From: the human T2T-CHM13v2.0 reference genome, Homo sapiens
Reading direction: 5' to 3' (one strand)
Assembly (NCBI RefSeq): GCF_009914755.1
Contig: NC_060937.1
Length of the DNA stretch: 64,000 bases
A model generated the notes under the pieces. The model saw only the letters and a list, made by a program, of their open reading frames with translations, searched no databases and was not told the DNA's origin. Position numbers and translations under genes: made by a program. This document shows positions 1-18,002 of this stretch, piece by piece; position 1 is the stretch's first letter, and each line of letters begins with the position of its first letter.

Positions 1-904
1 CAATATTTATGTAAACAGAAATCTTGCAAATGAAGAAGAAATAAAAGATCCTTACCATTAGAAAGACTTCTTATCATATTTGCTATTATTAGAGCATAGT
101 GGACTAATTTTTATCTTGTTTCCAGACTATTCTTATAAAGGCTATTCCACCTCTCTTTAACAATATTTTCATGCTTCTAAGTTAGGCATGTTGAAATGTA
201 TTTAATTGGCTATGTTTCAGATAAAATAGTGATGCAAGCTCAAAACATACTTAATCATATATTAAAAGGAGATAGTGTATAATTATGAAAGGCTTAAGGA
301 AGAAATATAGTCTGTGATGGGAGTTGACAATATTGACAAGAGTTGTCAATAAGTCTCTAGAAAGTATTTTCTTGGCTTAAAGAAGGTTAATAAACTGAGA
401 TCTAAAAGTACTGGAGAGGACAACCTAAGTAATTATCTTGTTAGACTTATTTTAATTTCAGGTAATGGACTAGGAAATATAATAAAGTAATTGATCTTTT
501 AGAAGAAGGGCTTGATGAATTGAATAAAAAGTTGTCTGCACAAGTTTCAGCGGCACAGTTGCAAACTAATGTAATAAATCAATTTTGACAGAGTAATTGA
601 TAAAGTTGACAGGACAATGTGCCATGTGTAATGTAACCAGGTTAAAGTCAAACTAAAGATGTTGTTCTGTTACTGGCTTCTTTTAACAAACAATGCATCC
701 CGAGTATCACTCAAAATGGTGTACTATGAATGAAATTATATGAAAATTACCCTAATTATTAGAAATATATTCTTTCAATCATGTTTGCTTGAATTGCTTC
801 ATTGTTTGGATATTTCTAATTATATTTTCCTTAATTACTTTTCTGGAAGCCTTATCTATGTGTGTCAAAATAACCTTCCTAAAATTTTCTTTTACCATAT
901 GATA

Positions 905-943
905 TAATAGCAAAAGCCACAATTACTTTTGCACTAAACGAAT
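905..943 (+). mobile_element. MADE1 (Hsmar1-derived MITE) fragment, one terminal arm only
   Basis: GCAAAAGCCACAATTACTTTTGCACTAAAC matches the recalled MADE1 end GGCAAAAACCGCAATTACTTTTGCACCAAC; the other arm is absent. Confidence 0.7.
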
Positions 944-1407
944 ATAATTTTATAAAACACAGTTATTGAACATCTCATTAACTCATTAAAGAGCAAATAG
1001 TTCTGTATATTTTTTTCTTTTTATTCATATAAAGGGTCTCAATCAGACCTTCTGCTACCCAGTATATAGTTTTGATTAATTGAAAAGACGAGTAGGCTTT
1101 GATTTCCCTCCACCCTTCAGATTACATTAAAACAGCTCTTTGTAAGACAAATAAAATACCTAAATATGAATATTAAGTAGCATAATTTTCTCAAAAATAC
1201 GCACTTAAAATATGGAGATAATAAAACTGGATTACAAGTACATTTTTATATTCCCAAATTTAATTGTTACAACTATTTGTTTGTACCAGTTTTCTTTCCA
1301 AGCAAACTATTTATGAGCCATTATCTTATAGATTGTCCAAATAGTTAGCTGTAAGCTTTTGGGTAATATTAGTCTTAAATACTTAGAGGAGAATTCCCTT
1401 TCCTCTG

Positions 1408-1680
1408 CATTCATACATTCACTGACTTCCAACATTAAAAAAAAAATGCCTCCTATGTGCCAAGAAAAACCTGATAAAATCCTTGCTCTTGTGGAGCTTA
1501 TATTCTAGTAGGGAGTGTTGTTAATAAGTAAACAAACCAACATAATATAATTTCAGAAGTAATATGACAGGATAAGAAGATGAAGAGTGATAAGTGAGGA
1601 GACTCTTTTTATAAGGACAGTCCAGGAAGGCAGTGACATTTGAGCAGGCACTGAATGAAGTGAGGAGCAAGAGGAAATTG
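1408..1680 (-). mobile_element. L2 LINE remnant, interrupted by the MER54 LTR; probably resumes near 2900-3100
   Basis: CATTCATACATTC...CTATGTGCCAAG...CTTGTGGAGCTTATATTCTAGTAGGGAG...GTGACATTTGAGCAG, typical reverse-complemented L2 3' motifs. Confidence 0.65.
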
Positions 1681-1705
1681 CTGACCTTTTTTTTCTTTCC
1701 AATTT

Positions 1706-2851
<1,146 letters not shown>

Positions 2852-4124
2852 ACAGAGAGATCATTCTTGGCATAGAGAAAAGGAAAAAAAGTTTATTGAT
2901 ATGAAAACTAAATTGTAATTATGAAGAAGAGCAAAGACGTATATTTTCCTGAAGTAGAGTGAGCTAGGGGTAATATGGCAGGAATTGACTTAGAGCAAAA
3001 GCTATGGGGTAGTTAATGTAGGTTTTTGTTTTGTATTATTATATGTATTTTTAGATGAGAGCAAGAATTTGAAGTTTATTCTGATGTGATCAAGAGGTTG
3101 GGTTTTTTTAGTATACAATTAATCATGTTTTGAAACTTTTTAAAATTATTATTTAAAGTAGCCCCCAAAAATATTTTAAATTCAATAAACTTACTATATT
3201 TTGTGACAACAAATAACAGACAATATAAATAATTTTCTAGCATTTTATCTATGTATGATATAATTGATTTAGATATTATTATATAGGTAAAAATGTATCA
3301 TAAACGTATTGAATCAAACACATGTATCATTTATAGGCTATTTAGTTTTTGCATTTATTTTGTAATATAGGTTAATAAGCCAACCTTCATTTCATACCTA
3401 GAGATGGATTAGGCAATTTAAATTTTAGTGGTGACTTGCTACCTTGCTTTATGTCCTGCTCATATGGTTTTATAAACCTAAGAAGGACTTTTAAAAAAAT
3501 GGTTTCTAGGATATACTATTTCTACATTCCATAGTTCTAACCATGTGGATTTATCATGGCAAATTCTTTTAACATTTCCTAACAATATCTTAAGTAGTGG
3601 AGCGTAACAAAAATGTGCTGCTAGGGAAATGCTAACTTACTGGCATGTGCTATAGGATATTTTCTTTTTGTTACTTCTTCCAAGATTTATAAGTGTGGTT
3701 ATGATGGTTTGATTCATTTGAATGATGACAGGCTAAAAGTCCAATACAGTCTTTTCTTCTGTATAAAACCAAGTAAGTTGTCCTCCTTTCAAACCCTTTT
3801 GTCTATGGAATGCTTACCTTTTAGAATTATTTTCACGAAAAGCAATTCCTCATGTGATGCTAAAAATAACATTGTTCAGTTCATGTTAATAGTGGATTAA
3901 ACTCTGAAAACTATTATAAGGATTTGGCTTACATAAGAATTAGAAAAGTAAAAGAAGAAATACCTGAGACTCAAAATAAATATTTCTTTTAGGACTATTT
4001 TCTAATGGAGTATGGATTGTGTGATTATCATATAATATTATTTATATACTCTAGAGTGAAAAATCTGTCCTGGAAAAGCAGTACTTTGCTACATGTTTGA
4101 CTGTTGTAAAGCCATAGTCTATTT

Positions 4125-4390
4125 CTATATATATATATAAATATGCAATTACATATAACAAATAACAAAGTAAGATGATATGATAAATATCTAATGATAT
4201 ATGATATATTATATATCATATTATATATATTATATGTAAGCCATTACATATATGTTCTGCTTATATATAAACAATTACATATGTATAATTGTACACTTAT
4301 ACATATGTATATATATGTATTATATACTTATTCAAATGTATATATATATATGCTTATATATAAGCAGTTAAGATGTATCATACATAAACA
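4125..4390. repeat. TA-rich low-complexity / degenerate (TA)n tract
   Basis: Repeated TATATA runs. Confidence 0.85.
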
Positions 4391-4782
4391 ATAGCCTACT
4401 TAATTTTACATTATTACATGCTTTTGGTGATAAAAAATAAAATATATTAGAAACCATAAAATGTACCATAGCAAATTTTCAAAACAACCATACAGGCTGG
4501 TACAAACTCATACTTCCAACCATGTTGGAGTAAACGATAGCAGACATTCCATCTCCTTTTTAAATAAAAAGGAAACTGAAACATATATTTTTAAAAAGTG
4601 TTTTAGACATTGGTAAGCAGGCGGCCCAGGACTGTGATTCATGAGTGAAAGGAACCAAACAAGGAAAGTCCTAGTACTGCTTCAAGTATATCCCTGCAAA
4701 ACCCTTTCAGATATAGTATAAAGATCAACTTTTTAAGAGAAAACATAATTATGATGATTAGGGAAATAAAAGCTAAACAATA

Positions 4783-5994
<1,212 letters not shown>

Positions 5995-7000
5995 GGAGGT
6001 TCCAAGATGGCTGAATAGGAACAGCTCCAGTCTATAGCTCCAAGCATGAGTGACACAGAAGACTGGTGATTTCTGCATTTCCAACTGAGGTACAAGGTTC
6101 TTCTCACTGGGGCTTGTCGCACAGTGGGTGCAGCCCGTGGAGCATGAGCCAAAGCAGGGCAGGGCATCGCCTCACCTGGGAAGTGCAAGTGGTCGGGGAA
6201 TTCCCTTTCCTAGCCAAGGGAAGCAATAACAGACTGTACCTGGAAAAATGGGACACTCCCACCCTAATACTGCACTTTTACAATGGTCTTAGCAAATGGC
6301 ACACCAGGAGATTATATCCCACACCTGGCTCCGAGGGTCCCACCCCCACGGAGCCTCACTCACTGCTAGCACAGCAGTCTGAGATCAAACTGCAAGGCAG
6401 CAGCAAGGCCAGGGGAGAGGTGTCTGCCATTGCTGAGGCTTGAGTAGGTAAACAAAGTGGCCGGGAAGCTTAAACTGGGTGGAACCCATTACAGCTCAAG
6501 GAGCCTGCCTCTGTAGACTCCACCTCAGGGGGCAAGGCATAGCTGAATAAAAGGCAGCAGAAACTTCTGCAGACTTAAACATCCCTGTCTGACAGCTTTG
6601 AAGAGAGTAGTGGTTCTCCCAGCATGGAGTTTGAGATCTGAGAACGGACAGACTGCCTCCTCAAGTGGGTCCCTGACCCCGGAGTAGCCTAACTGGGAGG
6701 CACCTCCCAGTAGGGGCTGACTGACACTTCATACGGCCAGATGCCTCTCTGAGATGAAGCTTCCAGAGGAAGGATCAGACAGAAACATTTGCCGTTCTGC
6801 AATATTTGCTGTTCTGCAGCCTCCGCTGGTGATACTCAGGCAAATAGGGTCTGGAGTGGGCCTCCAGCAAACTCCAACAGACCTGCAGCTGAAGGTCCTG
6901 ACTGTTAGAAGGAAAACTAACAAACAGAAAGGACATCCACACCAAAACCCCATCTGTACGTCACCATCATTAAAAACCAAAGATAGATAAAACCACAAAG
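5995..7000 (+). promoter_or_regulatory. L1 5'UTR internal promoter region (YY1-like site CAAGATGGC at 6003-6011); CpG-depleted
   Basis: Colinear with the primate L1 5'UTR; many consensus CpGs read TG/CA. Activity is not shown by sequence. Confidence 0.7.
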
Positions 7001-8024
7001 ATGGGGATAAACCGGAGCAGAAAGCTGAAAATTCTAAAAATCAGAGCACCTCTTCTCCTCCAAACGGATGCAGCTCCTCACCAGCAATGGAACAAAGCTG
7101 GTTGGAGAATGACTTTGACAAGTTGAGAGAAGAAGGCTTCAGACGATCAGTAATAACAAACTTCTCTGAGCTAAAGGAGGATGTTCGAGCTCATCGCAAA
7201 GAAACTAAAAACCTTGAAAAAAGATTAGACGAATGGTTAACTAGAATAAACAGCATAGAGAAGACCTTAAATGACCTGATGGAGCTGAAAACCATGGCAT
7301 GAGAACTACGTGATGCATACACAAGCTTCAGTAGCCAATTTGATCAAGTGGAAGAAAGGGTATCAGTGATTGAAGATCAAATGAATGAAATGAAGCGAGA
7401 AGAGAAGTTTAGAGAAAAAAGAGTAAAAAGAAATGAACAAAGCCTCCAAGAAATATGGGACTATGTGAAAAGACCAAATCCACGTCTGATTGGTATACCT
7501 GAAAGTGACAGGGAGAATAGAACCAAGTTGGAAAACACTCTTCAGGATATTATCCAGGAGAACCTCCCCAACCTGGCAAGACAGGCCAACATTCAAATTC
7601 AGGAAATACAGAGAAAGCCACAAAGATATTCCTTGAGAAGAGCAACTCCAAGACACGTAATTGTCAGATTCACCAAATTTGAAATGAAGGAAAAAATGTT
7701 AAGAGCAGCCAGAGAGAAAGGTCGGGTTACCCACAAAAGGAAGCCCATCAGACTAACAGCAGATCTCTCAGCAGAAACTCTACAAGCCAAAAGAGAGTGG
7801 GGGCCAATATTCAACTTCTTAAAGAAAATAATTTTCAACCCAGAATTTCATATCCCCCCAAACTAAGCTTCATAAGTGAAGGAGAAATAAAATACTTTAC
7901 AGACAAGCAAATGCTGAGAGATTTTGTCACCACCAGGCCTGCCTTACAAGAGCTCCAAAAGGAAGCGCTAAACATGGAAAGGAACAACCTGTACCAGCCA
8001 CTGCAAAAACATGCCAAATTGTAA
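7001..8024 (+). pseudogene. L1 ORF1p (RNA-binding protein), disrupted
   Basis: Track peptides MEQSWLENDFDKLREEGFRR, RNEQSLQEIWDYVKRPN and QPRISYPPKLSFISEGEIK are ORF1p; premature TGA at 7300-7302 plus frameshifts. Confidence 0.93.
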
Positions 8025-8086
8025 AGACCATCGATGCTAGGAAGAAACTGCATCAACTAACGGCAAAATAACCAGCTAATATCATA

Positions 8087-10201
<2,115 letters not shown>

Positions 10202-10913
10202 AGCGTATAACATTTAATGGGTGCAGCACACCAATATGGCATATGTATACATATGTAACAAACCTGCACGTTGTGCACATGTACCCTAGAACTTAAAGTA
10301 TAATAAAAAAGTAAATAAATTAAAAAAAAGAAAAGAAAGACACTCCATATCACTTCTATATGAAGTTGTGATTAAGTATTGGCAAGTTCAATATGGTTAA
10401 AAAAAAAGGAATATATGTATATTAAAAACTTCGTTCTCAAAAGATGTGATTGTGTCTTTATGAAGTCCATAAGTATCCATATATTAAGTATTAGAATTAA
10501 TAAGAGTATGACAAAATCACTAGATATTAAATTACTACACAAAATTCAGTTGCGTTTTGACTGTCTACAAATGTAATATTTTGATTGATATAATGCAGAA
10601 TAACTAAAATATGAAATATACACATATACTTTTTTAAATTTGTAAGACATAAAAATGTAAACCTCTGATAGCTGTATTAACAGAGTTCATTAATTTAATT
10701 GGCATAACATGTTCATATTTTAACACCACACATTAGGAGATATCAAGTACTATCAAATTGTTCAATAGATTTATTGAATCTGAGCCAAAATAACAAAAAT
10801 TGTAGAAATTTGTAAGCTTCTTCTAACGCATATATTAAGACGTATGAATCAAGTATAGTGAATACTATAATATACAAGATTTAAGAATTTTATTTGCAAA
10901 GTATCCAGATACA

Positions 10914-11727
10914 CAGGTAAACCTTGGAGATATTGTGGATTCAGTTCCAGACCACCCCCATGTAGCAAATATTGCAATGAAGTGAGTCGCAGAAATGTTT
11001 TCATTTCCTAGTGCATATAAATGTTACTTTACACTTTGCCATAGTCTATTACATGTGCAATAGCATCATGTCTAATAAACTAATATATATGTACCTTAAT
11101 TGAAAATTCTTTATTGCTAAAAAATATGGTAACCATCATCTGAGCCTTCGGTAAGTCATAATCTTTTTGCTGGTACAGAAGCTTTCCTTGATATTGATGG
11201 CTGCCAACTGAACAGGGTGGTTGTTGAATATTCCGGGGGCTGGGGCAATTTCTTAAAATAAGACAGCAATAAAGTTTCTGCATTGATGCATCAATTGACT
11301 CTTCCTTTCACAGTAGATTTCTCTATAGCATGCAATGCTATTTGATAGCTTTTTAACCACATTAGAACTTCTTTCAAAATTAGTCAATCCTCTCAAATCC
11401 TGCAGCTGTTGTATCAACCAAGTTTATGTAATACTATAAATCCTTTCTTATTTCAACAATTTTCAGAGCATCTTCACTAGGAGTAGATTCCATGTCAAGA
11501 AACTACTTCTTTGGCTAATTCATATGAAACAACTTCTTTTTCATTCAGGTTTTTAGATGACATTGTAGCGATTCGATCACATCTTCAGGTTTCATTTCTA
11601 ATTCTAGTTCTCTTCCTTTTTCCACCACATCTGCAGTTACTTCCTCCACTTACGTCTTGAACTCCTGAAAGTTATCCATGAAGGTTAACATCAACATCCT
11701 CCAACTCTTATTAATGTTGATATTTTG
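10914..11727 (-). mobile_element. Tigger1 DNA transposon, 3' fragment with one terminal repeat
   Basis: CAGGTAAACCTTGGAGATATTGTGGATTCAGTTCCAGACCAC...CATCTGAGCCTTC matches the reverse-complemented Tigger1 end. Confidence 0.85.
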
Positions 11728-11791
11728 CTAAAACAAAATTCAGTTTAAAATCATGAATTCAAAGTAAAACCATACCTTCTATTTCACTTTT

Positions 11792-12103
<312 letters not shown>

Positions 12104-13544
12104 CTATTTCACTTTTGTACACACAAACTCATAAAAAATTGCATAGGCATTCTCTAATAGTTGTTCCTTGATTTACATGGACTGATATTTAAGATAATAT
12201 TCATCCTTACAAAAGAGCATATTATGTGGCAGATCCATGTTAGTGGAACTGGGCTATTTCAAACTTTAAGGTTAAAAAGAAATGTAGATCACTGTATCTG
12301 CCTTTCTGTCTTACACAATTATTTCAAGATTAATATTGTCTAAAACACTTTTAGTTTAGAATTTATGTTTTCTCAAATATGCACAATCAAGAGCTTTAGA
12401 ATATAGACCTCTTTTGAAATATAAATCACTGAACAATTTTATGTAAAAATCTAATATAATAATATAGGAGATAGAGATACTGGCAAGAGAATGCACAGTA
12501 TTTAATTATTTAAGTTACTTGATTAATTTTTCCAACTTTTATTTTCCTATTTGATATAGTTTTGAAGGAAAACATAATAATAGCAAATATATATATACAT
12601 AATGTGTTAAAATAGGCTGGCAGTAATCAAGATACCTATGAAAACAAGACATGTGGGTTTCACAAAAAGTTCAGAAAATTCTTATAAAGGAAATTATGAA
12701 CCTCATGTACAATACGAATGAGTATTAAGGGGAAGGCACTTCTTGCTTGGGGAATTTGAGGTCGGGAGAGTAGAAATGCCGTCAGTAATCTTGCAGTATG
12801 TTAAAATTAGCTCATCTCTGGGACTCTCTTCCCATCACTTAGAGAAAGGAAGAAGTACAGGAAAGAGTTTGTGTTTATGGATTTATCATGCTCATTTCTA
12901 TACTTACTCTATTTGAGTCTGTAAGCAAATTTCTTTAGATAAATACCTTATAGCAGCATATTGTGGGGAAAAACTTTTCGATGATTTGTTGAACAGACCA
13001 AGAAGAGGGAGCTTCAACTGAGTGTATCAAGAATACATGCCATATTTAGCTACTGCAACATGCATTTTATGAAAAACAATTCTTATTGTTATTTTTCTAC
13101 TTGTATTTAAATATCTACATCAATTTTTAGATAACAAAATCAACTTTTAATTACTTGATAATATAATACAGTCTTCAGTGAATAAATATGACTGGAACCT
13201 GAGATACTATCATACTAACATTTTATAACAAAAATATATTTGTCACTGTGAAGTAGCTTTTTTAATAGACTGAGTAAAGTAAAAGTATTTTTATTGTGTG
13301 TGTCATCTTCCAGAAACTATTGTAATTTTTCATTTTTATATACATTTACTCTTGTATAGAGGATATGTTATGACTACAAACCTCTGACTAAAACTTAATT
13401 CAAGTTTACATTCAGTACATATCTCAGATACATAGCACCATAGAATATGTGACAACTTTTCTCTTTTAAACAAGATTCTGTCAAGTGTCTGCAGACAAAA
13501 TACAGATGTGAATTTATCTGAAGGCAATAGATGCCATCTTCTGC

Positions 13545-13599
13545 ATGTGTGCATGTATATATATATATATATGTGTATATATATATGTATATATGTATA

Positions 13600-13634
<35 letters not shown>

Positions 13635-13635
13635 A
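13545..13635. repeat. (TA)n/(TATG)n compound microsatellite
   Basis: Direct inspection. Confidence 0.92.
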
Positions 13636-13774
13636 GTCTTTTTTACTCTTAGTTTCTTCTTTTCTTTAGTTAGCTTCACAGTTTTATGACTGTTAGTCAC
13701 AGAAAGAACATGACTCAAATAGCTGGGTTCAAAGCTTTATGTGTGAATTGCCATGACATTTCTTTATTTTGTCA

Positions 13775-15880
13775 TTTTTCAACTTTGCATTGAAATCTAA
13801 CAAACATACAGAAAATTACATATAATCAATCTTCAGTTTCGTAAATTTACGTAAACTGAACATACCACTGTAGTCAGCTCCTAGATAAGTAAACAATACA
13901 CCTAGCACTATCCATCCCACCTGCCCCCTGTTGCTCAGCCCCTAACATTCCTTCAATAATATCATTACTGATTTTGAGTATATTTTGAACAGTCCTACCT
14001 GTTTTTATATTTTATGTAAAGAAAATCCTATAACATGAACTTATTTGTATTTGACTTCTTTTGCTCAATATTATCTTTGGGAGATATATTCATATTGCTG
14101 GATGTAGATTAAACTATTCATTCTCATTGCTGAATAATAGTTTATTGCATATGTGTATCACAATTTATTCCTTTTAATGCTGATGTGTATTTGGATATTC
14201 TGAATTTTTTACCATTTTTTTAGACTTGCCACAAGGATTCTTGCACATAACTTTTGTCGAATATTTAAACACTCTTCTATAGGTTATCTGCTAAGGATAG
14301 GAGTTTCTGGGTTACAGAGAATGTATTTATTTAGCATTAATATCTACTAAAAACAATTTTCCAAAGTGATTATACAATTTACACTTTCACTGGCAGTGTA
14401 TGAGAGTTCTAGTAGGTCTACATATGGGTAAACGCTTGACATTTCCAGTCTTTATTTTTCATTCTGTGTAAAAGAGCAATAGTACTTCTGTGCTTAAACT
14501 TATGTTTCCCTTACAATTGAGTTTAAGCATATTTTTAGATGTTAAGTGGCCACTAGAATACAGTGTTTTGAAGTGTTTATTACTGTCTTCTTCTGGTTTT
14601 TTAATTATGCTGTCCTGTATATGTACATGTATCTGTGACTCCATCAACTTTTCACTCTCTTAAACGTAACTTTTGAAAAACACATATTTTAATCATAATA
14701 TACTGCAAAGTTTCAATATTTTATTTCTGATTAGTGGTTCTTGTGTCTTGCTTAAGAAATCATTGATAAGTTATCAGATATGTTCCCTTAAATTTTCCTC
14801 TAAAATCTTCAATTTAGCTTTCACATTGATATCCAAAATCCATCAAGAATTTAGTACATTATGGTGTGAGACAGGAATCATTTATTTTTATATGGATATC
14901 TAATTAATTCACAACTATGTATTAAAAAATACATCTTCCCTCAACACAATTCCATTGGTGCCTTTGTCATAATTCGAGTGATTGTGTAGTTATGGTCCTG
15001 CTTTTGGATTCTTGTGTTTCCTTGATCCTCATACCAAAACCACAATGTCTTAATTAATATAGTATTAAAATTGTTTCTGATATTTAGTACCCTACAGCTT
15101 AATCTTCTCTATTAAAATTGCCTTAACGAATGCTGGCTCTTTCTTTGTCCATATAAATTTTGGAATTATTTTATCAATTTCCATAAATTTTGATTTAAAT
15201 TGTTTGGAATGTATAGATTAATTTAGGGAGAAATAATAACTCAACTGCATCCACTGTTTTACTCTATTCACATTGTATAATTCTTCATTTACTTAATTTA
15301 ATGCATTTAATGTATTCTTTTCAGATTTTTTGTTTTCTCTCATCTCATTTGTGAAAAATGTTGTTAGTCCTTCTAAAGCATTATGCTTATTATTTTATTC
15401 TGTCTTGTTCCTCTTTACAAGACTCATAGTAATGTGCTCAAAGAGTTCTTAAAGCAAACAACCCTGTCTTATTTACAATAAGAGGGAAAGTTTTGATGAT
15501 TCCGTTGTAGGATGTTTGCTAAAATTATAAGTTTGTATTGAGTTCGCTAAGAAATGTTATGAATTTTATGTATCTATTGAGACGATGATATGACTTTACC
15601 TTAATTTATTTTGAAATTTTAATCTGATTTTGGAAACTAACATAAACCTCACTTCACGTTATATTGATACTTCATCTTCTCTTCTATATCACCGGATATA
15701 TTTTACTAAAATTCTGCTTATTCTTTTTGCACGTATTTAAATAATTGATTGTCCTATACTTTTCTTTTTAAAATTGAGGGAACAAGAACACCATGTTATT
15801 TATAAAATAAATTGCTCCTTTGAAAATATCTTTTTATACTAGAAAGAACACTTATATAAAGGCCATTTTTTTCCTTTAGA
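13775..15880 (-). mobile_element. Old L1ME-type 3' portion
   Basis: T-rich strand with L1M motifs CAAACATACAGAAAATTACA, TTTCCAAAGTGATTATACAATTTACACTTTCACTGGCAGTGTATGAGAGTTC, GAATGTATAGATTAATTTAGGGAGAA. Confidence 0.75.
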
Positions 15881-15946
15881 CTTACAGTGCAGTTTATAAC
15901 ATAAACCATACATACACACATTTTTATATCTATTTATATCTATTTC

Positions 15947-16250
15947 TGTATCAGTCAGGTAGGACTAGGCTTATTGTGCACTAGCAAACAACATCTGAAT
16001 ATTACTGGTTTAAACAATAAAAATTCACTTCTTGCTCATGCTATAGTACCACTGAATGTTTTCTTGTAGACTCTGCTCTACCATCTATACTGAGAAAGGG
16101 GCTTTCAATGTAGCATTGCAGGCCACTGGTTCTAAAGTAAAGCAAATATAGCATATCATGCACTGGCCAAAAAATTTCACATGATCACACCTATTTTGAC
16201 ACAGCAGGGGACTTCAACTCCATTATGTATTGCAAAGAAGGAGAAACAAA
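15947..16250 (-). mobile_element. Old MaLR LTR fragment (MLT1K/L-like)
   Basis: TGTATCAGTCAGGTAGGACTAGGCTTATTGTGCACTAGCAAACAAC...CTTCTTGCTCATGC. Confidence 0.55.
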
Positions 16251-16254
16251 ACAG

Positions 16255-16255
<1 letters not shown>

Positions 16256-16290
<35 letters not shown>
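16256..16290. repeat. (CA)n microsatellite, ~17 units
   Basis: Direct inspection. Confidence 0.95.
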
Positions 16291-16292
<2 letters not shown>

Positions 16293-18002
16293 CATCATCA
16301 TCACCTCCTTCCTTGATTTTCTAAACATACATTTGAAAAAGTAATTGGATTTTTCTTTGCTATATAATTCCAATTGTTCTCTTACCTCACTACATATATT
16401 CTGCTTCAGTTATTCTATTTAAACTGTTATGAGACCACTATTGATTTAACTGTTAAGCTGACTGCAAGCTTTTGAGTATAATCTTATTTAATCACTTTTC
16501 AATACCAGCTAATATTGACTATCCTTCCTTTTTGGAAAAAAAAAACATTATTTTGTTCTTATTCTCCTCTTTTTACACCAATTTTAGCTTCTCTCCATAG
16601 TTCTTAAACAGTTTCCCAGCTCCTCCCTCTCTGGCATATTTTTCTTCTCACTCTATATATGGTCAAATTGATCTAGACCCAACAATAATATATAAGTGAA
16701 GGCATAAATACATATATATACATATATATGTTTGTGTGTGTATATGTGTGTGTATATATACACACACATATAGCCTAGATCACTCTTTAAAAATCCATGG
16801 TTTACATCCAAATGTCTCCTGAATCATTCAACTTATGTGAAATTACCAGACTTAAAATAAATTACCAGACTTAAAATAAATCACATCTCACTAGATGTGC
16901 CTTTGTTTTCCTTATAGTATTTTTTGGCTAATCTAAAAATCCAGTTTTATTATCTTACATCTTTACGTACAAGTAGGAAAGTCCTTTTCTTTTTCCATCT
17001 AATTATCTAGAACTCTAGCTTTCCTGCCAACATCACTGTCTTTGCCATTATTCAAGGTTTACTAACTCTCATCTCATTTCTCACTCTGAATGCCTCTTTT
17101 TTCCTCCTTTGAATTTAGGACAGTTACTCTCCAATTGCCAACTTGTCTTCTGGACTTCTCTTTTAAAATGTAGCTTGTTCATTACACTCAAGCTCATTCC
17201 TTACCCTAGCAAGAAAGGGATTTGTGCTTAGGCCTCAAATTTGCCTGCCTATCTCTTTGCAGGAGGCATTGAGTTGTAGAAAGGAGAGTTTTTTTCCAGA
17301 GGTACCAATAATTAAAATTTATCATGAGAAAATGATTACTCTCTGGTGACCCAATAGCTCTGACTTTTTTTCTTCTACTTTTTGAAAGATTTTCTTATCT
17401 ATCACCAAATAAAGTTTTATGAGCATTAAACTAAGTTATTCATGTGAAAGACTAAATAGTCTAAGTCATAATGGGCTCTTAATAAATGCAATTACCTGCT
17501 GACACTTCGTCAAGAATGTTCTTATTCCTTATCATATCAGGATACTTTCAGATCACTGAGTAGATAATCCTTTTAATTTATCTATGTCTTTGTTAATGTT
17601 GTCTCTTATTCCTGGTATGTACTTCTTAATTTTAAGGGGCAGGGGTGTGACAAATTTGTATTCTTTGAACAAATAATGTTTCATTTTTATTTCTTTTGTG
17701 GTGATTATTTTCTTTATACATAGTCTTTGTTAAAAATTTTTCTCATATTTTATGTTGAGTGTAACTAGCAGGTTCTACTTTACAACTATTTCCAAATTAA
17801 AACAAAAATAAAATAATTATATTGGTCTATCAGTTTATCAAATACAGGAATTTTATTTTACTAAACAGTTACAAAAGTGATTACATATTATATATATATT
17901 TATATATATGTGTATGTGTGTATGTTTGTATTCAATGTATGCTTATCTAATGATTGACAACATTTCACTGATTGAATGACCTACTTAACATATGAATGAA
18001 TG

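Noticed and set aside
466-588. Short frame WTRKYNKVIDLLEEGLDELNKKLSAQVSAAQLQTNVINQF* after a TTTCAG acceptor-like site
   Set aside because: Only 40 codons, an in-frame stop lies just after the acceptor, and no homology is recognised
905-943. Possible miR-548-type hairpin from MADE1
   Set aside because: Only one arm is present, so no hairpin can form
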